From Amoebophrya sp. A120 (taxonomy: Eukaryota; Protista; Dinoflagellata): DNA of 64,000 bases. This document shows positions 1-11,938 of the stretch, piece by piece (position 1 is the first letter of the stretch; every line of letters begins with the position of its first letter). The position numbers and the translations under genes are program-made. The notes under the pieces were generated by a model, which was not told the DNA's origin, searched no databases, and worked only from the letters and a program-made list of their open reading frames with translations. Location of the stretch: the NCBI GenBank assembly GCA_905178155.1, contig CAJINV010000004.1:3753320-3817319 (forward strand), written 5' to 3'.

Positions 1-92
1 TCCCGTAGGATATCTGCATTACATCATGCAGAGAAATTTGTGTTGCTGAATTGACTACACATGTGTAACTGTAACACTTTTTTCGTTGGATA
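1..92. mobile_element. Probable 3' end of an introner-like element truncated by the window edge
   Basis: Ends ...ttttttcgttggata, a GATA terminus like the other elements, immediately before an open Ser/Glu-rich frame. The left end is not visible. Confidence 0.45.
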
Positions 93-255
93 TTCCTCGT
101 CGTCGAAGGAGCTCACGGTGTCGGAAGCCGAGGGGAGGTCTTCGAAGGAGCCCGCTTTGTCGGAAGCAAGTCAGGGAACAGCATCCACGACGGTGATGCG
201 AAGCAGCGAGGAACCAACGAGCAGCTTCACGAGCGCGGCAGAAGATTGGGCGTAA
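93..255 (+). CDS. Last exon of a gene starting upstream of the window
   Basis: Open frame SSSSKELTVSEAEG...EDWA* followed by AT-rich sequence. Confidence 0.5.
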
Positions 256-494
256 GCTGTAGTTTCGAAACATCAAAATTAATAATGAAAAAACAGAAAA
301 AAACTTAAAGTAAGTACTTCGTTCTTGTATCTGTTGTACCAATCAGACTGTCAAAATGCCTACTTTAGAAGAAAATTCGTGGCCCACATTGTAAATCCAA
401 GATGCTCGCATGTTAATGTAAAATACTACTTACGTAAAGTTTTAGGTTTCACAGAAAATAATCCAGCGGACACTATTTTGGCCTGTAACAAAAT

Positions 495-2463
495 GAAATC
501 TCTTCGCCAGCGAGAAGTATCGCACGCACTTTTGTACGCTTCACTTCTGGATGATAAAATTAAAAAAATAAATAACGCAACTACATGAGAAATTTAGATA
601 TGTACGATATCGGCGAGAGAAAGCGACGCTGGCAACTGTTTGTAATTCGAAGTGTAAATGAAGTCGACTATAAACCGATCATCTCTTTCGGGATGATTAG
701 CGTCTCTATTTCGCCTAGCTGGCAATGCGTTGTGTTGATTCTTTTGGTCCACACTTTTTTCATCTGTCTCATTCTGTTTTTTGGGTTTTTTTTCGCGAGA
801 GATGATCATGATAGGATAAGCGGCAGCGTTCTTTTTTGTCTTGCTCTTTCTATGTCCCGCCTCAACGTGCCGTTTTTTTGTCTTGTCGTTTTTTTTTTTT
901 CCGAGACGAGAACTCATTACATTTGCTTTTGCAGCTAAAACCATGCAGAAGAGAGGTGGGAATCATCGAACACAAGAAAAACAGAGAAAAACTCAAGAAT
1001 TATTGAAAAAGTCAATATTCTACAGAAAAAGTAAAAAAAAACAGAGAAAAGGAGAAAATAAAGAAAAGAAAATAGAAAAAAAGTAGGGCCCGGAGTTTTC
1101 TAATGATTCGCCACAAGCCGCACGCTGAAGCGCGACTTTTTCAATGAAAACTGCGAAAATCATAAGAAAAGTCAAAAAATCATAGAAAAAGTCAAACGCG
1201 AATCGATCCGCCTCACTTGCCAAGCTAACGCGTCGGCGTGTGCGCGCGCGCAGCGCGCGAAAATTTTTTTTTCAGCCAGCCGCTGGGGACCCGGCCCGAG
1301 AAAAAGTTTGCGCACCCCGAGACCGAGGCGCGCGCGCGCGCAGTTTTTTTTTCAGACACCCTTCCGACAGTTGAAACCAAAAAAACTTCCGCCCCCAGCG
1401 CCAAGGAAGAAAGGCTGGCGTCTGCAACACGCGGCGCGCGATCGGAATTTTTGTGGCCGGCCCGCCCCTGACTGCCGGACACAAAAAACTTTCCGCGCCA
1501 ATCCCCGACCCAGGCGCCTGCGCGCGCACAGCGCGCGGAAATTTTTTTTTTCCAGACCGCCCCCGATTGCCGGGCGCGCGCAGAACTTTCCATCCGCGCC
1601 CTGAGGCCGGCGCGCCCGCGCGCTCTTAGCTAGGCCGGGGCCGTAGGTGAATAAATATTTTTCCAGCAAGGCCCCGACCGGAGGGCGATAAAAAAAATTG
1701 CCAACACCCTCAGCCTAAGGCCTCTGCGGGCGCCACAAAAAGGCCTGCCTCGCGCACTTTATTCACGCGGCCACGATTGCCAAGCACGACGAAAAGTTGC
1801 AGCGAGCGGGCGTCCTTAGGCCAAGGCGTGCGAGCGCGCGCAGCGCGCGAAATTTTTTTTGCCCGAAAACCGATGGCCGGGCGCGTAAGTAACAAGACTT
1901 CCGCGCCCTCGGGCTAAGGTTTGCGCGGGCGCGCGCGGCGCGTGGCAAGGATTTTCTTCCGGCAAGCCCCCGACTTCTCGAGAAGGAAAAAGCGCTCCGC
2001 GCTCTGCCACCGAAATCTCTTCGCCATCGAGAAATATCGCACGCACTTTTGTATGCTTCACTTCTAGAAAATGTAGATGATAAAATTAAAGTAACGCAAC
2101 ATCAGAAATATGTACGATATCGGCGAATAAAGCGAAGCTGGTAAATGGTTGTAATGTGAAGTGTAAATGGAACGACCGACAACTATGACCGCTTATCACA
2201 TTCACAGTCAGTGTGTTCATTTCGTCCAGCCTGCGGGACGTTGTGTTGGTATTTTTTTTCTACGTATGACATTCCATTTTTTTTTTGTCTCAGTTTCTTT
2301 GTTTTGTTTGCTTTGTTTTTTTTTCCGCGAGAGATGATAGAGGATTTTGCCGCTTTTTTTTTTTGTCTCGCTTTTTGCTTTTGAGCCGCACCACCCGTTT
2401 TTTGTCCGAGACGAGGACTTATTGCATTCGCTTTTTCATCATGATTACCTAAACGCATGCAGC
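495..2463. repeat. Degenerate ~450-bp direct repeats (~495-948 and ~2012-2463) flanking a GC-rich, internally repetitive segment
   Basis: Both copies begin gaaatctcttcgcca..gagaa.tatcgcacgcacttttgta.gcttcacttct and share tatgtacgatatcggcga and ccgagacgag. The interior has three copies of a gcgcgc..agcgcgcg(g)aaattttttt motif (~1242, ~1520, ~1834). Confidence 0.8.
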
Positions 2464-2634
2464 TGACCATTCCAACAAGATAAAGAACGCATAGCGCCGT
2501 CAGGAACAAATTTCTAAACTAGACGACCTCGTCGTCCTGCGCAACTCCACCGAGAAAGATCCGGAAGCCTCGTGAAGAGAAGATCTTCCTATTCTATCGC
2601 GCTTGACCTCCATTCAAGAAAAAAACCGAAAACC

Positions 2635-3823
2635 ATGAACCGCGTCGAGTCAAAGAAGCGCGACATCGCGGCGAAGCGACAGAGTTTGACAGGAACGGCA
2701 ACATCCACCACGTCCACTGCCGCTTCCTCTTCGTCGAACGCGACTTCTTTGTCGCGGAATTACAGTAAGGAATCCATCTCGCGCGCGCGCTCGAAATCAA
2801 CGCAGATGGACGTTGGCGACATGCACTCGCGGCAAAATTCGAAGGAGCCACCGCGGTGCAGTTCGAAGTTGCGAAAATTGGGCTTCAAAGACCTGAACGA
2901 GTACGAGGAAGGGGAGCTGGAGCGGGACTTCGTCGACAAAGTTCAGCAGGGCGACGACTCCTGGGTGCTCAACTGCCTCGCCGCGGTCGGCCGCCCGATC
3001 CTGTTTTCCGAGTGGGCCGGGGGGGTGTCCCGAACTTGCATTCTCTACGCCGCGAAACAGGGAGATCAGGAGGTACAGGGCGTGGCCCCGAGTTGTCTAC
3101 CTTTGTGACGAGAATGAAGAGTAGAATATTTTATACTTCAAACACTTCTGCTTTGCGGATTCTTACACCGGACGAAAATGAGAAATTTGAAGACAACGAA
3201 TACGAGCAAAAACTACAATCAAAAATCTCGTCCACTTCTAGATGTGCAAGATTCTTCTCGCCTACGGCGGCAAGGAGCTGCTGAAAGTCAAGGATTTGAA
3301 GGGCCGAGACGGCGAGTACTACGCGAAACTGCACGGCATCGACCTGCTCGACCTGATGCAGAATACCAGCCGGATCGACTGCTGGAACCACAAGGCACTC
3401 CGGACCCTGGGCCGCTCGCTATCGAAACAGAAGGAGGACGAAAAAAAGGGCGGGGGGAGCCCCTTGCAGGGGAAGACGTTGTATCAAATGCAAAAGTGTC
3501 TGGGTCTGGAAGATTGCAACTTGTCATGCTGTTTTTGGACTCTGAAAAAATTTGCATTGCATGACCAGCAAGAGGAGGTTAGTTTGTGCTACGCGGGGAG
3601 GGCAGTTGTCATGCGGAGTAGGCATCAGGAAGCCCTCTAAAAATCTGCGATGCTAGCTCGTGCATTACAGACATCCTGGGTCATGCAAAATATGGATAAC
3701 AAACCCGGCAACATTCCAGACCCAGACACTTTTGCAGTTGATACGTTGCTGCAGCTGTGCGAGCACAGCTACGAGGAGCTGGAAGAGGAGGAGCAAATGA
3801 AAAAAAAAGCATCGAAGAAGTAA
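2635..3823 (+). CDS. Ankyrin-repeat protein; exons 2635-3072, 3242-3481, 3749-3823
   Basis: GT-AG intron 3073-3241 joins TCILYAAKQGDQE|MCKILLAYGGKELLKVKDLKGR, an ankyrin-like motif. Removing the introner at 3482-3743 plus one cgttg gives GKTL|LQLCEHSYEELEEEEQMKKKASKK*. Confidence 0.75.
3482..3743. mobile_element. Family A introner/MITE (262 bp), DR cgttg
   Basis: TIRs tatcaaatgcaaaagtgtctgggtctggaa ... ttccagacccagacacttttgcagttgata; perfect 5-nt DR; frame restored on removal. Confidence 0.92.
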
Positions 3824-4595
3824 GGAAAATATAGGGATAAAAAGTAAATTAAAAACAGCTTGTTTTTGTCATGTAGGGTAGTTAGGAACAATGGAATGAT
3901 CGATTCTTGTACACCTGGGATTGTTCCTGGTCCTGCGTAGTTAACTACATTGAATAAATACCACCTGTATACCACTCAATTGGAAAAATCACAATCACAA
4001 TAGCATTCTTGCTTCTATTTTTATGTACAATTCTTTTGGTGGCAGTTCCGATGGTCTGCCTTATGGTGTAATGGGAGAAGTCGATTATTGATATCGTTAT
4101 GCTTGTATGCACAACGCTATTTGCAGCTTTCGTCGAAAATGCGTTTTTTTTCTTGTGCTACGACATGAATGTATTCACAAAGAAACCCACAGGAAATCTG
4201 TACAATTCTTTTGGAAAGGCAATGGAAAAGGAAGATAAGAAAACCGAAAGCGACTTTTATCATGTCTTTGCCGTGTTACTATGCTTACAACCACACACTC
4301 GTCTGTGTCCAAATCTTTTCGCAAAAAAAACGAGAGTCGTTGGCTTTGAGTTAAGTACAAGGAAATGGCGATTGACGAGAGTTTGAGTTAAGTACAGCGA
4401 CAAGCTGAAAATGTGGTTGTCATTCGACTTCTCGCAGTGTGCTTGCACTTGCTTTTAAAGATGAATACTACGTGTGTCGACCTTATATTAAGCTTTGACC
4501 CGTGCAAGAACTTTGTCGTCGAAGTAAGAGGGCGCATCAGAGAGCAAACGCAAGAATTCAGTCACTTTCACTTGGTCAGATACGGGTGTAAAAAG

Positions 4596-7500
4596 ATGTC
4601 CTCCGCAACTTCAACTTCCCGAATTCCCTCCCAGTCCTCTGCCAGCACGACGACAGCGTCGTCGCCGGCCACTACGGATGTTGAATCCTCCTCTGCACAG
4701 GAACAACAGCAAGAACCCGGCTCTCGAGGACATCCTTCACAACGGCCCGAGCGGGTGATGACCAATAACAAGCAACGTTCTACCAGTAAAAAATCGGCAA
4801 ATAAACAACTTTCCTCAACGCCGCAGAATAAGCAGCGGTTGGTGTTGAAAAATCCGGACGGCTCGCTTGTCGCTGGGTTTTCCCTATCAAATGCAAAAAT
4901 GTCTGGGGCTGGGAGGAATTAAACTTCTCATGCGCATTTCGCAACACACACAAATCTCTCATGCATAGGCAGCAAAAGTTGCCCATTCTCTGTCACGAAA
5001 ATGGGACATTTCTCATGCGGATTAGGCATTGCGGAACCTTATCGATGCCTGTGATGCTAAGGCCTCCATGCCACACCTTCTGAGGCATGCAAAAACAGCA
5101 TGAGAAAAATCTGCACTCATTCAGACCCAGACATATTTGCAATGCATATTCCCAATCCTACGTGGAGCCGAAGCCCCCCGCTTCGCCCGCAAACCACGTG
5201 CCCGCGTGGCTGGACTATCAAATGCAAATATGTCTGGGTCTGGAAGGTTGCAACTTGTGATGCTGTTTCTGCGTTCTAAAAAAATCTGTATTGCGTGACC
5301 AGCAAGAGGAGTCCAGTTTGTGCTACATGAAGACGGCGTCTCTCATGCGGAATAAGCATCAGGAAGCACCGTAAAAGTCTGTGATGCTAGGTTATGCATT
5401 ACAGGCGTCATGGGTCATCTAAAATTTAGGACAAGAGCAGACAGTAAGAATATCAAAACAAGATGAAAAATGCACGCATACACGCGCACTGCTTAACTGT
5501 GTGAAAGGTGTCGGCCCTGTTTGACCTGCTGCGGCAGGCAGGTGAATTCGTAGAACTGCTTCACATGTTAAGTAACGCACACCGGCCTCCTAGTTTTAGT
5601 GATGAATTTATATGCGCCAACATTAGTGAAAAATTTATATGCGCAGCGGCTTACTGCGCAGCGTCGGTTCGTGCACGTGTGTCGCTCTTCGTTCGTTGTC
5701 TCCAGGAGCTTGATCGTAAATTCGTGCGCTCCTCCTGCTTTATAAAATTCGATCTTCCCATCTGCCCCCGTTTTCCCACGTAGATTTAGATCTCTACCCT
5801 TTTATATCTTCTGTCGTTTAGTTTTGTTGTTTTGCCTGACTTGCCTTCTTAGCGCTAGCCCGCGCATCCCGCGTTCTTGCAGGGGCAGCTGTCTTTTTTT
5901 CCGCCTTGCCAGCGGATTTTGTCGCGGGGAAGAAAGCACTCTGGGTTCAACGGTCCCCGCCCCCCCTCGTCGTGGGTTCAACGGCCCCCATCCCTAAAGA
6001 GACCACTTAGAAATAATTCTACAGTAGATTGCAAATTTTACAGCGGTCGCCCGTTTTGCATCGGCCGAGGCTGCACACGCGTCCGGAGTATTTTTCACTG
6101 ACGTCCCTCGGCTTGGGTCATATGATGTTCTTCGTCAGGTCGCGCAGCCTCTATTAATGCGATTCGGGTCGGCTGCGCCCTATGGCTAGTATCTGTGATC
6201 CAGCTCGGCCATATATTTCGGGTTTCGACCCGAATAGCGCGCACTAGGCGCAACTATCTCTTTATACAGTGGTCTCTCCCTATCTTTACTATCTTTCAGT
6301 GCAGCGGCTTACTGCACTTATCGCCCTACGGAGACTGTGATCTGACCTCCCTCTACCTCCCCTGGTGGACGTCTGCCGCGGCTTACGGCTCTGGACGTTA
6401 ACTAGGATCGAGTGCGTTGTGCGGGTTTAGGGTTTTGAATATTTAATTTTGTATCTCCCACTGCTGCATGCACCCTGCTGCAGAACTTGTGATGCAAAAC
6501 AACCTCCGGGTTGTTCCCGCGCTTCAGGAGTAGTTCTGTTGCGTGCGGGCAGCAGAAGATGAGTAATGCTGTTGGTTTAGGGGGTTGAAAATGTTTGTGC
6601 ATGTGTAATGCAAAAGATGAAAAAGATTCGCGCGTGGGAGCGCATTTTTAAGCACAACGGGCGGGTGCCGTTCCCGCCGTCACACAATCACATACAATAC
6701 AATACAATACAACAGAGCGGGGCCCAATCAAAAAAAAAAAATTTGCATGACAAGTCTTGAATTCTTCCAGACCCAGACATTTTTGCATTCCATATGGACG
6801 GGGGCGTTGCAAATGAGTTGGAGTACATCTACACGAAGCACGAGCAGCTCTTTCTCGGGTTGCTGATCGTGCAGTTCCTGATCGAGATCGTGTTTACGGG
6901 ACTGTAAGCGATATTTTCCTTTCTTGCGTTTTAGCTTTGTTCTGATACAGTTAAGTACAGAATTTGGGTTAGGATCTGGTGAGTACAGAATTTGTGTTGG
7001 TGGTAATAAATCCGCCGGCATCGGCATCCGATATTTCTCATGCGTGATGCTGAAATGCGTATGCAACTGCAAGGAAAAAAATAATTTGTGATGCGAAAAT
7101 CTCATACATACAATCCTTACTACATCACCAGGTACATCTACTATGGCAATGAATTGATCGAGGAGATGACGATCATTTATTCGCACTTGATCGGGAAGAA
7201 CAACGTAGTCCGGCTCTACACCCTGACCGTCATCGTCGAACTGGTCTACATATGAAATGCAAATATGTCTGGGTCTGCATGAGTACAAGGTTTGTCATGC
7301 ATATTTTCCATGAGTCATGATGTCTGTGATGCATGCCTAGCATCACGATCACAGATTCTGCGGGAGCTTTCTGATGCTCCTACCGCATGAGAAATGCCCT
7401 CTTTGCGTAGCAACAACTGGACTTCTTTTCCTGTTCATGCAAGACAGATCTCATGTTGAATCCAAAGGCAGCATCACAAGTTGCACCCTTCCAGACCCAG

Positions 7501-7813
7501 TCATTTTTACATATGATACTACAGCTCGTTTTACTACCTCCTCGGCGGCATGGCGTTGTGGAAGGGGAAAGCGGTTCTGTTCGAGCGGTTCGCGTCCTTC
7601 GCGCTGTTCGGCTGCCTGCAGTCGGTGTTCCTCGCGTTCGCAAACAAATTCAACCTGATCTGCTTCCTCTTCCGGTTACTGGCCTACATCTACGCGCGGT
7701 TTCTCCGCAACTACCTGCGGTCGGTGGCGATCTTGCAGGAGCCGTCGAGAAGAGCTGGTATCGAGGAGGACAGTCCGGAGCGGGGGAGGGTGGCCGGCGG
7801 GGGGATACCGTGA
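4596..7813 (+). CDS. Multi-pass membrane protein with a Ser/Thr-rich N-terminus; exons 4596-4884, 5154-5215, 6800-6903, 7130-7250, 7524-7813
   Basis: Removing three introners and GT-AG intron 6904-7129 gives one frame with several hydrophobic segments (LFLGLLIVQFLIEIVFTGLYIYYG; LYTLTVIVELVYSSFYYLLGGMALW; FNLICFLFRLLAYIY). Confidence 0.75.
4885..5148. mobile_element. Family A introner (264 bp), DR ttccc
   Basis: tatcaaatgcaaaaatgtctgggg ... cagacccagacatatttgcaatgcata; frame restored (GFS|QSYVEP). Confidence 0.88.
5216..6794. mobile_element. Family A introner expanded to 1579 bp by a nested insertion, DR tggac
   Basis: Left TIR at 5216, right TIR ending ...tttgcattccata at 6794, tggac on both sides; frame restored (WLD|GGVANE). 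Confidence 0.88.
5428..6737 (+). mobile_element. Retrotransposed-type insertion with poly(A) end and 7-bp TSD aaaattt
   Basis: aaaattt at 5421-5427 and 6738-6744; (CAATA)n run near 6691-6712 followed by an A-run. Removing the insert plus one TSD leaves 262 bp, the family A size. Confidence 0.75.
7251..7518. mobile_element. Family A introner (268 bp, opposite internal orientation), DR ctaca
   Basis: tatgaaatgcaaatatgtctgggtctg ... ccagacccagtcatttttacatatgata; frame restored (LVY|SSFYY). Confidence 0.9.
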
Positions 7814-10100
7814 GCTGCAGGAGAGGAAATTGCAGGACAGTAGCAGAACTTGATTATTGCTTCTTGGTCGTGGCCGCGGGTGGATGGACGTGGGCTGCCG
7901 GAAGATGAAGTTTCATGGAGCTTCTAGAGCTTTTAGCAGAGCTTCAAGTTTTTACTGGCGAACAAATGCCGCGTGGTCGGGGTGCGGACGCTGTGTTCCG
8001 GAACAGCCAGACAAGTGCATCAGTCACCTCTCTTCTGATCAAGAAGAGGTGCGACTGCGGTCGGCGGGTAGGGAGGTAGAATCTCCAGGGACCACACTCA
8101 CGACCGGGACTGCAGCGACGCACGGGATTACAAAAACAGCGAGAGTGCTGCCTGGTGCTCAGCCTGACAGGCGACTTTATTACAGCGACAGTAGGTTGAA
8201 TTCTCTGGTGGACTTCGCCGCTGGTGATGCGTGTGAAACATGACAGGCGCTGCACGATGAATATTTTTTTTCCGAGAATGAAGCGAGAAACAGAAAGAAG
8301 ATAGACGAACTCTGAGTTTCAGTTTTCCAATGCACGAAGTTTGTTTCAAATGTTGAATTGTTGTTGAACAAGTATCGATAGAGGCTTCGTACCACGCAAG
8401 CACTTCGTGGACTTGCGAAAGACAGAGCGATTCGTCGGTGATCTTTTTTCACATGCCTGTTCGTCTTGGAAAGATCCCTTGTCGTTTGGAAGGTGTTTGC
8501 AAAATTACGGCGAAGAAGATGATTGTAGCGGGAACGGAAAATCTCAATGAGCGTTTCCGCAGACGAAATGATGAGCCAAGAGCGAAATGCAGTCTTCTGT
8601 TGGTGGAACGTATTGAGAGACTCTTTTCCTCCGGGATAGCGAGAATGTGATGGTGGAAAAGCTGCTCGCCGAGAGACGACTTAGGTTGATTATCCACGTC
8701 TGCAGCGACTTCTATGGTTTTTCTTATTTTTTTCGGAAGCCGGACGATAAGGATAAGAATGCAATTTCTTCGGGCGACAACTCGATAGGTAGGCGGCCTA
8801 ATCGATCGCCCGATCTGCGCCCCAATTTGGAGGCTTTGGCAGAGATGTGCTTGCCCCGCTGATTTGATGGCTCCCCCCATCGCCAAAAAAAGCTGGGAGC
8901 ACGCGGGCGCAGTCGGAAAACGCATACACCGGCGACACCCCGCAAGCGTGCAAGCCCAGCGCGCTGGTTTGTCGTTGTTCCCGGTGAACAGGCCGCGCGA
9001 TAGGTGTGCGCGGCCCGCCCGGCTCTTGGAAGCCATAGCGCGGCGAGATTGACACCCGGTCGCGGCGGCCGGACGTTTGACGGACCGACCCGCTGGCGCG
9101 CTGGTGGGGCCGCCGGCCCGACTCGCGCCCGCGGCCGGCGCTGCGTTGCGCCGGCCGCTAGTTGCCTGGCGCAGCGCTTTGCGCCTGTCCTCGGCCCGCG
9201 CGCGGGCGCGCTCGCCTATCCTTGGACAGCGCGCGCAGGTGGCGCACACAATGCAAGCAGTTTGCCAGGGCCGGGCGGGCGCACTCTCTCTCTTGGGCCG
9301 GCCGGCGCCGGGGTGTTATCTGGCTCGCGCTGCCCCATCGGTCGCACAGCAGCTGCGCGCCCCGGTTGACGCCGGCGGGTTTAGTCCTCGATGAAAAGAA
9401 ACGCTCCCCGCTTTAGAGATGCGCGCCTGTCTGTGTCCTTTCCAGGTGGGAATCAATTTCCGAAAGAAAGGCCGGCGCGTCCGCAATTTTGTGTTTGAGA
9501 TGCCTGATGTTCGTCTTGCTGTGTGAGTTCGTTGGCAGGGGAAGCTATGTGTGCAGGACCGTGCGCCGAGCCCGAGGGGCCGTAGACATACAGAAACAGA
9601 GTAGTTGAGCTGCATGTCCAGGAGTCGTTGAGAGTATGAACGTGGTAGAGCCAGCTCAAAGGAGCTTGTTATCCGCTCTTTCTATCTGTCTGAACTTTTC
9701 TTGTCGTGTCACGGGCGCGGCTCGCAGTGTCTACCTTTGTCGGAGGCGGAGTGGCGTTGCAAAAGTTGCCTCTACAACTTCAACATCATCTCAGAGGATT
9801 TGCATTGATTCGGTGTTTATTGTTATCTTCGAAAACTTTGAGAGTGAGAGAGGCTAGTTTCAGTTGCAGTAATCAGGATTCGCTGACCTTTGCCGTTTTC
9901 GTCTTCCGCGCTTGAGTTCTGTTATTACCGGAACGCGCCGAATCACCTCCAGCTCCGCCACGACGTGGACAATCACCACACTCACATTTATCGTGTGGCT
10001 TTTCGGTTGGGGGCTGTGTCGGGAGCGGGGCAGAGCAGTTCGAGTGCTGAATCCGGAGCGCGCGCGAAATGCCCGAGGAGTATTGGCGCCCGCGAATCGC

Positions 10101-10368
10101 TATCCAGTGCAAACTTGTCTGGGTCTGGAAAGATGGAACTTGTCATGCTACCTCTGCGGGCTACATAAAATCTGTATTGCGTGCTGAACGCGCTAGAAGT
10201 CCAGTTTCGGCAACGTGGAGAGGGCGTTTCTCATGCAGTATGAGCATCAGAAAGCTCATCTCGCAGAATCTGTATTGCTATGGCATGCATCGCAGGCACC
10301 CTGGGTCCCAGAACATATGCATGACAAACTTGGCACTTTTCCAGACCCAGACACATTTGCATTCGATA
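10101..10368. mobile_element. Family A element without its own matching DR
   Basis: tatccagtgcaaacttgtctgggtctggaa ... ttccagacccagacacatttgcattcgata; flanks atcgc and agagt differ. Confidence 0.85.
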
Positions 10369-10442
10369 AGAGTCCCTGGGGAACCATAACAAACACAGGC
10401 CCAGTTCGTGACCCGGGTGGCGTAGGCCCAGCGCAAATGAAG

Positions 10443-10725
10443 TATCAAGTGCAAACGTTCCTGGTTCTGGAAGCAGAGCAAGACTTGCGTCGACGTTGTC
10501 CTGTGCGTGGGTTCTACAAGATCTGTCTTGCATGTGCAGCAGCATGCGTCCAACCCTTGGTGCGCGAAGATGGTGTTTGTATTGCGGGATAGGCATCAAG
10601 ACGTCCTCGAGAAATCTGCGGCGCTAGGGCGTACATCGCAGACATGGTCATGGCTCACGCAAAACCACGTCGTGCGTGACAACTTTGCCTCCTGCTTCCA
10701 GACCAAGACATATTTGCGGTTGATA
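10443..10725. mobile_element. Diverged family A element without its own matching DR
   Basis: tatcaagtgcaaacgttcctggttctggaag ... cttccagaccaagacatatttgcggttgata; flanks tgaag and atcgt differ. Confidence 0.8.
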
Positions 10726-11938
10726 ATCGTGTCCGGTCTACGAGCCAAACGCGCTGCCAGCTCCATGGACCAGCTCCGCGAGGCGGATGCCCGCCCCGCC
10801 AGAGAAAAGCGCCGACGCCTTGCAGCGGCGCCGACTTTCTTCCGGTGTGCTTGTGGGGCCCGCGCGCGACAGCCGGGCGGCCGCCCGCTGGGCGCGCGGG
10901 GGGGCGTGGCCCGGTCGCCTATGCGATGCGCGCCCGTGCAGCCCCAGGGCGATGAACGCCGGCGGCCGGACAAGCCCTGTACTTTCTCGGGCGCGAACGC
11001 TCCGTGTCCGTATTCACCCGGCGGACGCGGTTTTGTGTTGGTTGCAGTTCCGCCGGGCAGGACGCCTCGCCCGCGGGGGTCCGCCAGCGTGTTGGCCTGT
11101 GCGTGGGCGGCCCCTGCCGGACGGTTTTTCGCATGCAGTTGCTTGCCCCGCGGCATAGATTGGTGCCTTGTGTCAGACGGTTGTCGCATGTTGTTGATTA
11201 TTCAGTATTCTCATTCTTATGCCGACGTTGCGTTGTGTTGGCAGTGGATTCACCACTTGTGCGCAGCGCTCGCCGTGGACGATGGGCTCGCACGCTTGCC
11301 GAGCCCTCATCTTACATCGGAGTCGTATTTTGGGGCCTCCGGCTACGTTGTAATTCCGATAAAGAGCGAGTACCGGAGGCGAAACATTTTTTTTTGTACA
11401 TACATACGATACGCCGTTTTTTGATATCTGAGCGACAGGTGCATGAGTCGTTGTTTATTTTGTTGAGGTGAGCGTGAGTATCTATTCCCATTCTATATCC
11501 GTTCGTCCCAAACTTCGGTTCGTTTCTTTTGTAACGGCGTGTGCCTATTTTATTGAGAGTGTACATCTTCATCTATGTGGTTGCGTAATGATGAGCTGCT
11601 TTCGCGAATTCCGAAAATAGAGTGGAGGCAAAAAGGCGAGTGATATAAATCTTCTCGAAAAAAAGGCAACAGTTTCCTAGCTTCTCATGAAGACGAGTAG
11701 AATGAGCAAAAAGTTTAGGTGAAAAGGTTTGAAAAACGAACTCGAGGAATTCCTTGAGAGCAATCCGTTTGTAGTACTAGAAGACCGGTGGTGGTGAGAC
11801 GAAATCAAAAGAGTAAGTACCGTCCCTCCTGTTGCGTACATTCTTGTAGTTGTAATTGTCTCAACACTGGCACTCCAAAATAAACGCACTCCGCCAACAC
11901 GACAGTAAGAGCTTTCTTGTCACCTGTAGTCTGCCACG

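Noticed and set aside
8449-11471. Long Ala/Arg/Gly/Pro-rich ORFs on both strands
   Set aside because: Very high GC content suppresses stop codons. The overlapping frames have no recognisable domain, and some run through MITE sequence.
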